NCBI GenBank assembly: GCA_033977065.1
Contig: JAXCHI010000002.1
Location: forward strand, 26,901-90,900
DNA from: Candidatus Algichlamydia australiensis
GTDB lineage: Bacteria > Chlamydiota > Chlamydiia > Chlamydiales > JAJFMI01
Length of the DNA stretch: 64,000 bases
Direction: 5' to 3'
Shown here: positions 1 through 9,700 of the stretch, one piece after another
Numbering within the stretch: the stretch's first letter is position 1
How the letters are laid out: each line of letters begins with the position of its first letter
The notes under the pieces: generated by a model
What the model saw: only the letters and a program-made list of their open reading frames with translations
Databases searched by the model: none
What the model was told of the DNA's origin: nothing
Translations under genes and position numbers: made by a program

Positions 1-186
1 AGAATAGATGCAGAGGCACTTTTTGGGTTTGCACCAAAAGAGTTTGCACGCCTAGGTTTTACCTACATCATTAAAAATGGGGAGGAGCTGCAACACTTTT
101 CAGTCTCATCAAAAGATCACGCTGTTGCCTCTCATCCTAGCCTTTGGGCTAGTATACTAATGCGAAAATTGGAGAATAAGAGATGA
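1..186 (+). CDS. 3' end of a hypothetical protein (partial)
   Basis: Frame 1 is open from base 1 (RIDAEALFGFAPKEFARLGFTY...HPSLWAS...) to TGA at 184-186, overlapping the gcvH ATG. Confidence 0.6.
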   Translation, partial: RIDAEALFGFAPKEFARLGFTYIIKNGEELQHFSVSSKDHAVASHPSLWASILMRKLENKR

Positions 187-542
187 AATTTTCAGAATCA
201 CACGAATGGATCAAGGCAACAGATGGCATTGGAACTGTTGGCATCACAAACTTTGCACAAAAAGAGCTGGGGGAGATCGTTCACGTCGAACTGCCAAAAG
301 TAGGTGATCATGTAGAAGTGGGACAAGAGGTTGCTGTTGTGGAGTCGACAAAAGCAGCAGTAGATATCTGCTCACCTGCATCAGGCGTTATTGAAGAGAT
401 CAACCCTGCTATCGTTGAAAACCCTTCACTCATTAATAAAGATCCGCAAATTGAGGGGTGGCTCTTTAAGATCAAACTTTCAAAAGTAAATGAGCTTGAA
501 GATCTCCTCGATCATGTCCAGTATCTCGCCCTAATGAGGTAG
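183..542 (+). CDS. gcvH: Glycine cleavage system H protein (lipoyl carrier)
   Basis: SHEW, GITNFAQKELGEIV, lipoyl-Lys motif VESTKAA, GWLFKI. Confidence 0.96.
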   Translation: MKFSESHEWIKATDGIGTVGITNFAQKELGEIVHVELPKVGDHVEVGQEVAVVESTKAAVDICSPASGVIEEINPAIVENPSLINKDPQIEGWLFKIKLSKVNELEDLLDHVQYLALMR

Positions 543-555
543 GGTATTTGGGTAT

Positions 556-1638
556 ATGGGAAAGTTTTATGTCCGGTTCCCTCCCCCTGGTAGATATGAG
601 GGTTATTCTATCCCTACTTTTAGAGAGTTTAGCGAGCTGGACTGTTTTAAAAAAATTGAAGTTCTCTCTATCGCCTTTTTTGCCCAATTCGGTCTAATTG
701 AAGAAAGAAAAATTACTATTTGCTCAGAGCAATACAAGATTGATTTTGTATTACCTTCGGTGGAGAAGATTTTACTGAGGGCGTTTAAAAAACAAAATGC
801 AAGTTTAATAAAAACCCTATTTGCAATTCAAAATTACCTACCCACTTCTCATTTTTTAGATAAGATTGCAACTCTTAGAAGCTTAGACGAAAAACGTTTT
901 GGTGAAAAAAGAGTAAAAGACTTTTGGTTAGAAATTGATAAAACTGTCGAAAATAAATGGAATGAGAGAGTCGAATGTGTTTTTTCTACTTGTAACATTG
1001 AAGAGATAAAAGAGCTCTTCTATTTCGCTCATAAAACTAACAACAAAAATATATTAAGTTTGTTTAAATTAAAAGTGTGCTATTTATTACAATCTCTATA
1101 TAAAAAAGTCTTAGAATTGCGTTATGATCTAGAGTATTCTTCCGGTATTCCTTTAAACGCTTCAATTTATTTAAAGGGAGTAGATTGGAATCTTTCTGGC
1201 TTGATGGAAAAATTTTTGTCTGGAAAATGGATCTCTATTTTGATCAAATGTACTTTACTTAAAGCGCAGTTTTTAACTCTGCTTGGGAAGTCTGAAGAAC
1301 TTAAGGATTTATTAGAAAAGCAGACATCAATCCTCATTTTTTCAAGTGAAATCTGGTTAGTATTTTCAAACTGTATAAATGAAGACGGACACACAGAGGA
1401 AATCTCGAAAGAATTTTCAATTGGATTGGCTACACTTTATGAAAATCGAGCTGAAGCGGTTCATCGCGCTCTTTTTTCGGGAGAGAATCACTCTCCTTAT
1501 TTTCTCAGTGTAGCAAAAACTTTGATTCCTCATTTTGGTAAGCAATTTTGGTCTAATTTTGGTGCTTTTTTGGTAGGGAAAAAAGAGAGCAACCCTGAGA
1601 GGGTTGCTCAAATGGAATGCTTAAGAGACTGTCTGTGA
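556..1638 (+). CDS. Hypothetical protein, AT-rich
   Basis: 360-aa ORF with no recognised motif. Confidence 0.65.
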   Translation: MGKFYVRFPPPGRYEGYSIPTFREFSELDCFKKIEVLSIAFFAQFGLIEERKITICSEQYKIDFVLPSVEKILLRAFKKQNASLIKTLFAIQNYLPTSHFLDKIATLRSLDEKRFGEKRVKDFWLEIDKTVENKWNERVECVFSTCNIEEIKELFYFAHKTNNKNILSLFKLKVCYLLQSLYKKVLELRYDLEYSSGIPLNASIYLKGVDWNLSGLMEKFLSGKWISILIKCTLLKAQFLTLLGKSEELKDLLEKQTSILIFSSEIWLVFSNCINEDGHTEEISKEFSIGLATLYENRAEAVHRALFSGENHSPYFLSVAKTLIPHFGKQFWSNFGAFLVGKKESNPERVAQMECLRDCL

Positions 1639-1691
1639 ATTAAAATTCGACAAAAGTTAACTCACAGACAGCCTCTAGAAAGCGCTTAAGC

Positions 1692-2906
1692 TTAGCCGCG
1701 TCTTCCTCTACGGCCCTGTCCGCGACGCCCCTTTGCGGGAACCTGCTTGGCGTCACTCTGTGCTACAGCAGTACGGCCTTGTCTTCCCCTGCGGCCACGT
1801 GCACGACGATTTTTTGCAGAACTCTCTTGAGTATCATTTGGTGCAACAGAAGCGCGGCTTTGTTTTCCTCTGCGACCACGTACACGACGTCCTTTTGCAG
1901 GACTCTCTTGGGCATCATTTTGCGCAACAGAAGCGCGACCTCGTCTTCCTCTGCGACCACGTACGCGACGACCTTTTGCGGGAACTTCTTGCTCGTTGCC
2001 CGTTGCTGCGCCTGCGCGAATATTCCCTCTGCGTCGTCCTCTTCTTCCGCGTTGCTCTTTTATATCGCGGTTTGTTTCAACAGCAACAGGCTCTTTTTCT
2101 GGAGGGACCTCTGCTGGTAGAGCAACGGGGGCAGGAGCGGGCCTTGGTACAGGTCGTGGTTGGACTACCGGAACAGTTTTTGGTGGTGGTGCAGGCTTTC
2201 TTGTAGTAGGTTTTGCATTTTTTTCGATTGTTTTTTGATGCACTAATTGTTCTGTAGAGAGGAATTTTCGGCGTATGGCTTCTTGGATACAGTTTGCCGC
2301 CTCGTTAACTTCGCCCTTTAGCAGCGCTTCACGCGCTCTTTCAAAAAATCGTAGGCACTCTTTCTCAATTTCTTTAATGCATTGTGAGATTTTTGGTGGG
2401 ATTTCATGAAAGCTTGCTAAGCTATCTCCATCATAGAGAAAGTCCCATGCTCCTCCCACCTCTCCTTTAGAGGGGTGTTTTAATGAATTGTTGCGGTGCT
2501 CTATAGCAGCAGCAAAGATGAGAGGTTTCATAGAGGGCAGTGAGTTCTGCATCCCATCGGAGATGGAGGCTTCTACAACATGATTAAGGCTAGAAGTGTC
2601 CATCAAATCGGTAAAAATATTAAACTCTGAGGAGTGAAACGATCTTGAAAAATCTGCAATGGCAAGAGACTCTTCACCAAGTTCTGCATAGAGAAGGCCT
2701 CTGCGGAGAGTTGCTGCTTCAAGCAAATTCGGGCAGTCTGTCTCATTAATCACTTTTGTGTAGCAGCGTTCCGCTTCACGTTCATTAGACCAGCGCCACC
2801 AGTTATCTCCCTGATGGATTAGGCTTTGTGCTTTCTCGTAGCTACTGTTTGCTTTTGCAAACAAGCTGCAGGCGAGAAGAGCAAGGGGCACAATCATCTT
2901 TCTCAT
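1692..2906 (-). CDS. Putative secreted TPR-like protein with Pro-rich linker and Arg-rich repeat tail
   Basis: Signal peptide MRKMIVPLALLACSLFAKA; TPR-like LRRGLLYAELGEESLAIADF; PAPPP linker; RGRRG repeats. Confidence 0.75.
   Translation of the reverse strand: MRKMIVPLALLACSLFAKANSSYEKAQSLIHQGDNWWRWSNEREAERCYTKVINETDCPNLLEAATLRRGLLYAELGEESLAIADFSRSFHSSEFNIFTDLMDTSSLNHVVEASISDGMQNSLPSMKPLIFAAAIEHRNNSLKHPSKGEVGGAWDFLYDGDSLASFHEIPPKISQCIKEIEKECLRFFERAREALLKGEVNEAANCIQEAIRRKFLSTEQLVHQKTIEKNAKPTTRKPAPPPKTVPVVQPRPVPRPAPAPVALPAEVPPEKEPVAVETNRDIKEQRGRRGRRRGNIRAGAATGNEQEVPAKGRRVRGRRGRRGRASVAQNDAQESPAKGRRVRGRRGKQSRASVAPNDTQESSAKNRRARGRRGRQGRTAVAQSDAKQVPAKGRRGQGRRGRRG
1695..2055 (-). repeat. Intragenic ~81-bp (27-aa) tandem repeats, about 4-5 units
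   Basis: Units such as PAKGRRVRGRRGRRGRASVAQNDAQES and PAKGRRVRGRRGKQSRASVAPNDTQES. Confidence 0.85.
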
Positions 2907-2981
2907 ACGTTTCTCCTTGTTATAAACATTTCAGGTAATATTAATTTTATATTTAGAGATTTTAAAGACAAGAAAAATTTT

Positions 2982-3677
2982 TCAATTGCTCTCATCATCT
3001 GTGATGATAAGAGGGTAGGTATCGTCCTCTGCTACTTTATCCAGGGAGATCCCTGCAAATCCCATAAAACTTAAAGAGATTAATCCTGTCATTATAAATG
3101 TGATTCCCATCCCTTTGAGTCCAGGAACAACATTTGAATAGGTAAGTTTTTCGCGAATAGATGCAATAAGGAGAATCGCAATCCACCAGCCGATTCCAGT
3201 TGAAAAGACGTAGACGATGTGTGGCACGATTGGGTACTCGCGTACTGTCGCAAAGAGAGAAGCTCCTAAAATTGCGCAGTTAACTGTAATTAAAGGGAGG
3301 TACATTCCAAGAGCGCGGTAGAGTGGTGGAGAGAATTTTTCAATAAAGATTTCCAAAACTTGTACAAGGGCAGCAATGACGGAGATGTAGATGATGAGTT
3401 GCAGAAAGTTTAAATTGATTTTCCCGGGATCGATACCAAACACAGAGAGCCATGAGAGAGCTCCGTCACCTGTAAGGTAGTGGTTGATGAACCAGTTGGC
3501 TGTCCCTGAAATGGTGGTGACAAAAATAACGGCTAAGCCGAGCCCATTTGCCGTTTTAATTTTTGCAGAACAGGCGAGGTAAGAACACATCCCCAGAAAG
3601 TAAAAGAGAAGAATATTTTGAATGAAGATCGATTGAATTGCCAGCCCAATGAGATTGACCCAAGAGTAATTGCCCAT
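2982..3677 (-). CDS. nqrE: Na+-translocating NADH:quinone oxidoreductase subunit E
   Basis: FLGMCSYLA, LGMYLPLITVNCAILG, GLKGMGITFI; operon context. Confidence 0.95.
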   Translation of the reverse strand: MGNYSWVNLIGLAIQSIFIQNILLFYFLGMCSYLACSAKIKTANGLGLAVIFVTTISGTANWFINHYLTGDGALSWLSVFGIDPGKINLNFLQLIIYISVIAALVQVLEIFIEKFSPPLYRALGMYLPLITVNCAILGASLFATVREYPIVPHIVYVFSTGIGWWIAILLIASIREKLTYSNVVPGLKGMGITFIMTGLISLSFMGFAGISLDKVAEDDTYPLIITDDESN

Positions 3678-4313
3678 TTACAGCTCTCCCTTGTGTTTGA
3701 TCAAATTCGCGATCCAGATCAGAAAGCCTAAAATGAAAAATGCCGAGGGAGCTAAGGCCATTAAATTATTATTAAAGTAGGCGTCTGGATGCGCCTCTGA
3801 GGCGTAAAACATGGTAGGGATAAGTTGAAAGCCAAAAAGGGTGCCAAAGCCAAAAAATTCGCGAATGACACCCACGGTAAGGAGTACAATCGCATAGCCT
3901 GCAGCGGCACCAGCACCATCGAAAAAAGCAGGAAGAGGAGCTACGTTGCGTGCCATGCTCTCAGCTCTTCCCATTACAAGGCAGTTAGTAATGATCAAGC
4001 CGACAAAAACAGAGAGGCTAAGTGACATCTGGTAGAGGTAAGCTTTTAAAAACTCATCTACGGTAATCACAAAGAGGGAGATGATTGCAAGTTGTGCGAT
4101 CATGCGCACACTATCAGGTGTCTTATTGCGGATGAGCGAAACAAAGAAGCAGCTAAAGGAGGTCACAAAAATTACGGCAAGGCCCATTGTAATTGCGACA
4201 TTCACTTTAATTGTCACAGCCAAAGCAGAGCAGATACCTAGTACTGCTACAAGAATCTGGTTTTCTTGCCAGAGTTGCTCAACAAAATAAGTTTTAATTG
4301 GCTTTTTGCTCAT
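3678..4313 (-). CDS. nqrD: Na+-NQR subunit D
   Basis: [31 protein letters not shown]. Confidence 0.95.
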   Translation of the reverse strand: MSKKPIKTYFVEQLWQENQILVAVLGICSALAVTIKVNVAITMGLAVIFVTSFSCFFVSLIRNKTPDSVRMIAQLAIISLFVITVDEFLKAYLYQMSLSLSVFVGLIITNCLVMGRAESMARNVAPLPAFFDGAGAAAGYAIVLLTVGVIREFFGFGTLFGFQLIPTMFYASEAHPDAYFNNNLMALAPSAFFILGFLIWIANLIKHKGEL

Positions 4314-5106
4314 TTGCTTTAATCAAAAATGGTCTATATTGTGCTAAACAGTTACGATACGCTTCTGAAACACCGCGCATCGTCTCTGTTGCTCCTGTCA
4401 CACCATCTACAGAACTATCTGCAAGTGGACTATCTCCTAATTCCTTTACACTTTTTATAATATTGATTCCCAAAGGGGCTGTCTTGTAATCAGTGTTTCC
4501 ATCCGCATTCTTCTGGAAAACTACTTTATTGTAAAATTGTGCTTGCCACGCTTGTGTAGAAATTTCTGCACCAAGTCCTGGTGTCTCTTTCTGTTCGTAC
4601 CAGGTGGTTCCTAAAATGGTATCGGCATCGCTTTCAATTGCGATGTAGCCATAAATTGCGTCCCACAGGCCATACCCATTGATTGGAATAATATACGCAT
4701 CAGGTGTTGTAGCCTCTTTTTTTTGTACGAGGTAGAGAAGCTTATATTTGAGTTTGGAAAACCCATACTTTGTGTTTTCTCGTCTGTACACTTCTTCATC
4801 GATACCCGCCTCTTCAAATGTGTAGAGGTTTCCCTGAGTGTCTGTTAATCGCGGTTGAATGTTTTCTTTTACAAAGGTGGTAATCTCACTATTTGTCGCT
4901 TTTTTTACCGGAACTCCATCCTCTAAGAAAAATCCTCGATGATTGAGAATGCGTGCAGCAATAAGCATCTGTTTGCTTTGGTAGAGTTCTTGTGCCTCTT
5001 TCTGTTTTGAAGAGAGTGTCGAGGCGAGAAAAGAGAGGAGTCCTGCACAAATAAGGCAGAGAGTGGTCACAAAAAGAAGGGTGTAGCGATTAGACGATTT
5101 TGGCAT
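4294..5106 (-). CDS. nqrC: Na+-NQR subunit C
   Basis: N-terminal [24 protein letters not shown] site DGVTGAT. Confidence 0.95.
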   Translation of the reverse strand: MPKSSNRYTLLFVTTLCLICAGLLSFLASTLSSKQKEAQELYQSKQMLIAARILNHRGFFLEDGVPVKKATNSEITTFVKENIQPRLTDTQGNLYTFEEAGIDEEVYRRENTKYGFSKLKYKLLYLVQKKEATTPDAYIIPINGYGLWDAIYGYIAIESDADTILGTTWYEQKETPGLGAEISTQAWQAQFYNKVVFQKNADGNTDYKTAPLGINIIKSVKELGDSPLADSSVDGVTGATETMRGVSEAYRNCLAQYRPFLIKANEQKAN

Positions 5107-5207
5107 GAACCGATCTCATTAAAGCTGTTATTTGAATTTTTTTTGTTATTTTGAGGCAATTTCCCTCTGTACTGGACAAAAATTTCACCAATGGGAGAGC
5201 TGCGCCT

Positions 5208-6725
5208 TTATGAAATAGATTCATATCGTCTCCTTCTCATGCGTTTGAGAGCAAAGTGGTCAAAGAGGGGGGCAAAAACGTTACCAAGCAAGATGGCGAG
5301 CATCACACCTTCAGGGTATGCGGGATTGATCGTTCGAATCAAAATCGCCATGGCACCTACAAAAATTCCGTAAATCCACTTGGCGCGGTTAAGACTTGGA
5401 GAGGAGACGGGATCTGTCAACATAAAGACAAGACCAAAAGCAAAGCTCCCAATCAATAGATGTTTATATGCAGGGAAATCAAATTTCGCGGGATTCCACG
5501 CGCCGTGGTTAGGGCCAATCCAAGAAGAAGCAAACTCAAATAGATAGGCAATGCCTAAGGCGCCAATTAACATAGCCAACATGGAACGCCAAGAGCCGAT
5601 GCGTGTTACAAGGAGGACTAGTGCACCGAATAGAACAAAGAGAGTGGAGGTCTCACCCATAGAGCCCAGCATGTTTCCGAAGAAAAAATTACCATTTGTA
5701 AAGAGGCCACTACCCCATTTGAGTTTGGCGAATTGAAAGGCACTCTCAAAATTTTCTGGGGAGAGACCAAGACCGCCACTCTCTATCTTTGCGGTGATAA
5801 AATTTTTCAATTGTGTGGGATTGAGCATACCCAGTTTTGCTCCTGGGGCAAAAAGCGCGCTCCATTTTGCGAACTGTAGGGAAATCAGATCCCATGTACC
5901 TACTTTTTCGGTAAACTGTGTCGCAATCGCATCTACATGAATGCGTTTTATTTCAAAAGGAATATTAAAAATTCCAAGAGGGGTGTCTTGTGAAATGCCA
6001 TCAAGTGTGCCGAGATCAAGAGAGTGATTCATTGCCTGAATACTCTCTTTAATTTTGACCGGGTTTGTCCCTACCCAAATTTGCCCCGCCATCTTTGTTG
6101 GGTAGGCAAAAAAGAGAAAGCAGCGACATGTGAGGGCAGGATTTAAAATATTCATTCCCGAGCCGCCAAACAGCTCTTTGCTTAAAATAATTCCAGCACT
6201 CACACCCACAGCGACCATCCAGTAGGGAATGGTTGGAGGCAGAATAAGAGCAAACAAGATCCCTGAAACTAAAAATCCTTCGGAAATTTCGTGGCGTCTG
6301 ACAATAGCAAAAAGGGCTTCCCAAAATCCCCCAACAGCATAGGAGATGATGAGAACAGGTAAAAAAGCGCCGCAACCGTAAAGCAAAATTTTCCCTATAT
6401 GCGAAAAACCAAATTGAAAATATTTAGGAAAACTTTTTGAGGCTTCAAGATAAGACTCTAAAAAAGCAAGATCACCGCTACTGTAGACCAACTTTTGTAG
6501 ACCCGTATTCCAAATGGCCATAAGGGTACAGGGCAGCAGAGCAAAGACAACAATCACCATCCAGCGCTTGAGATCGATCGCGTCACGAATGTGAGGGCCA
6601 GATCGCGTTTGATCGGGAACCTCGTAGAAAAAACTATCAAGGGCAGTTACAAGAGGGCGAAACCGGTTGAGTGGTCCACCTTCTTCACTTATTTTTAGTC
6701 CGTAATCGAAGAGTTTGCGTAGCAT
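5208..6725 (-). CDS. nqrB: Na+-NQR subunit B
   Basis: PHIRDAIDLKRWM, KELFGGSGMNILNPAL, GSMGETS, TDPVS, YPEGVMLAIL. Confidence 0.95.
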   Translation of the reverse strand: MLRKLFDYGLKISEEGGPLNRFRPLVTALDSFFYEVPDQTRSGPHIRDAIDLKRWMVIVVFALLPCTLMAIWNTGLQKLVYSSGDLAFLESYLEASKSFPKYFQFGFSHIGKILLYGCGAFLPVLIISYAVGGFWEALFAIVRRHEISEGFLVSGILFALILPPTIPYWMVAVGVSAGIILSKELFGGSGMNILNPALTCRCFLFFAYPTKMAGQIWVGTNPVKIKESIQAMNHSLDLGTLDGISQDTPLGIFNIPFEIKRIHVDAIATQFTEKVGTWDLISLQFAKWSALFAPGAKLGMLNPTQLKNFITAKIESGGLGLSPENFESAFQFAKLKWGSGLFTNGNFFFGNMLGSMGETSTLFVLFGALVLLVTRIGSWRSMLAMLIGALGIAYLFEFASSWIGPNHGAWNPAKFDFPAYKHLLIGSFAFGLVFMLTDPVSSPSLNRAKWIYGIFVGAMAILIRTINPAYPEGVMLAILLGNVFAPLFDHFALKRMRRRRYESIS

Positions 6726-6769
6726 CTATAGAGAATGTTATAATCAACAGACGGTAGCAAAAAAAGATT

Positions 6770-9700
6770 ATGTGGAAAAGAAAAAAACTTTTATTTCTGA
6801 TCATTCCTGTTTTGGCAGTTGGTTTGCTCTTCTCTTTCCGTCGTCAAGTAGCTACTTTTGCCTTTAAATCCTACCTAGGTCGATATGTAGAGGGGGCTGG
6901 CAAATGTGATCTCACATTTGGTGAAGTGACATGGGAAGGAAAGGGATTTACGATTGAGCGTTTTCATCTCGAGAAAGAGGGGGAGTATGAGCTTAAAATT
7001 CGCAAACTTCACTTTAATTTCCCAAGGGACCTCTATCTCCATAGACCAAAATTTAAAGTTTGCAAAACAGATGGTCCTGCGATCCGTTTAAAAAATCGAC
7101 GTCATAAGGGATCATCAGGAAATCTGATAGTAGAAAAAGGGGAAATTGAAACGCCCCTCTCTAAAGCCTATTTTGCTTATGAAGACGACATTTTGCGCTG
7201 CTATTTCGATGATTCAGAAGTTCTTGCTAACTTTTCCACGCCGCAGAAAAAAGAGTTTTTAACCCACATCTCTACACGTGGGGCAGATGCTGCCTGGCTC
7301 TTTGGGCTTCTCTATCCCTTCGTTCCAACACATGACCTTGAGTTAGAAAAAGGCAAAGTAAAAGGGGAGTTGGATTGGCTTGTTTCAAAAAAAGAGTCCA
7401 CAGCAAAAGGAGCTTTTCATTTTGAAAATCTCTCCGCTAAACGAGGTGATATGGAATTTTTTGCAGAGAACCTCCACCTCTTAGGAACCTGGCCGGAAGC
7501 AAAAGTGGAGCTTACGGGAGGGGAACTAGAACTTTTGTCAGGAAACTACCACTTTTCAGGACTGCAGGGCCGCTATGAGCAGGGGGATGCCCTTTACTTC
7601 TCTTTTGAAGGGGAGTGCGCACATAAAAATCTCTCAGCACCCTTTTTTGTTCAAGGACAGGATTTTGGTGATCGTCTATTTGCAAACCTTCTTTTTGACC
7701 GCAGCTCTCTTGCAAACATCGAAGTGAAAGGATCTGATTTTTGCAACTGTTCCATAAAAGTGGAGTCTCCTCAAATTTTAACTTCACATGTGGAGTGGCT
7801 TAGTCCGATCTCTCCGCTCTTTCACGAAATTACAGAAGGGCGTTTTTCGGGAACTGTTTTTACTCAGATTGAGCAAGGAGCTTGTAAAGAGATCAACGCT
7901 TGTAGCATAAAAGGGGAGAACTTCCTCTTTCGAGACATTGAAGTGGAAGAACTTCTTTTAACGGGATGGATTTCTATAGAAAAACTGGCCCGCTCGCGTG
8001 TGAAGGGAGAGTTTCTCTTGAAAGAGAGGGGAGAGGGAAACTTTTTCTATGAGATGGGGGAGTATGATCTTTCAATTACAGCTCCCCCAGACTTGCTTGT
8101 GGGAAAAGAGAAATGGACGATCCCTTCCCTCTTTCTAGAAGCAAAAGGGAGAATTGCAGGGGAGTTGATTACCGCAAAGGGAAGGGCGCATGCAGGGGAT
8201 GAAAGTGTTGACTTCTCCCTGCTCTACGAAGGAGATTCTTTGCGCAAACTTTCACTCCGCTCAGACCGAATCTCCGACCCTTTTTACAGCTACCCTCTCT
8301 CGTTGACAGGTCACGAGATCGATGTAAAAGGAGAGCTGGCTCTGCGAGCGAGTTTTGATAAAGAGAAAGGGACAGAATTTGAACTTCTTCCAATAGATTT
8401 GACCTATGAAAATGAAGAGCTCATTTTACAGGTGAAAGGAGCAACGATTCCTTCCCATTTTATTTTTGAGCCAGGCAAATGGAAGAGCGAAATCATTCTT
8501 TATGGGTCTGAACTAACAGAAAAATCGCGTGATATTCACTTCACGGGATTGAATGGGCGTCTTTTTCTTGAAAATGGTGTGGGGTACTCCTCTTGGATCG
8601 AGGGGGAAGTAGAGGCGTGTCACATTGGAGGAGAGCTAAAATTCAAAGAGGAGCAGTTTGTCTTTCGGGGCAAAGAGTTTAGAGGGGAGCTTTCAGGGCT
8701 GCTCACCTTTTTGCGCCATTTTGAAATGTTTGAAGATTTAGAGACTCCTCTTACGGGAAAGTTTCAATCTTCAGGTGATGGACTGACAATTATACAAGAA
8801 GATGAAAAGAGAGAGATCCAAGTGGCAATGTGTGTTGAAGGGGGAGAGTTGCCACTTACTTATGACACCTCGGCAAAAGATTTGAGTTGCAAAATCCTCT
8901 TTGACTCCCAAAAAAAAGAGTTTGAAGTCCAAGATCTTACAGGGAAGTTGCACCTTTTTGATACACCTGTTTATGGAATTGATGGGCGTCACCTAGCCAT
9001 TAATGATGGTAAGCTGAGTTTTGACTTGCGCGTAAGCAACCATGTGCGAGAAATCGTGAAACTAGTGGGAAGCGGCATCGCTCCTTTTTCCTACTTGATC
9101 GACCTCGATTTAGAGCAGAGTCACCTCTTCGGAGAGCGTTTTGCAAAGGGATCTTTAGAACTCAAGCCCAATGGAAAAATTGTTGCACTCCACACCACTT
9201 TCCCGCTTCACTTGGAGAGTTTAGAAAGACAGGTGCTTGCCCATCTGCCCGACCTTAAGGAGCATCGTCTTGAAGGGCGCGTAGATCTCTCCTTGACCGT
9301 TGAAGAGAGTGGGCAAAAAGCAGCACTTACACTCTTTGGAGAAAAAGTTAGTATTTTAGAGAGAGCTTACGCTCCTTTTTCTACGCTCTTGATCAAAGAG
9401 GGCAAAGAGATCCATCTCGATCATATTCGACTGGGAATGCACGAGTTGCAAGGCGAAGGAGAGTGGCGTGCCGATCAGCTTGATATTACAAAAATTGTGG
9501 GTTTTTCTCCGCAGGGAGAGATCACAGCCTTGAGTGGCAATTACAATTTTGCAAAAAACCGAGGAGAACTGACTTTTGCTTCGAAAAATTGCAATTTGCA
9601 AAAAGTTTTTCCTGTCCTACCATGCTCTGTTGACGCGCAAGCAAAGCTGCATTTTGATCTGCCCGCCAAATCAATCGAAGGAGAAATGGAACTCCAGAGC

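Noticed and set aside
1733-2238. Alternative-frame ORFs over the Arg-rich repeats, and other short antisense ORFs in the track
   Set aside because: Shadow ORFs of repetitive or codon-biased genes with no independent coding evidence.
2982-6725. nqr operon lacking nqrA and nqrF, and the SQDT FMN motif in NqrB
   Set aside because: A split nqr locus is normal in Chlamydiae, and the modified Thr is retained.
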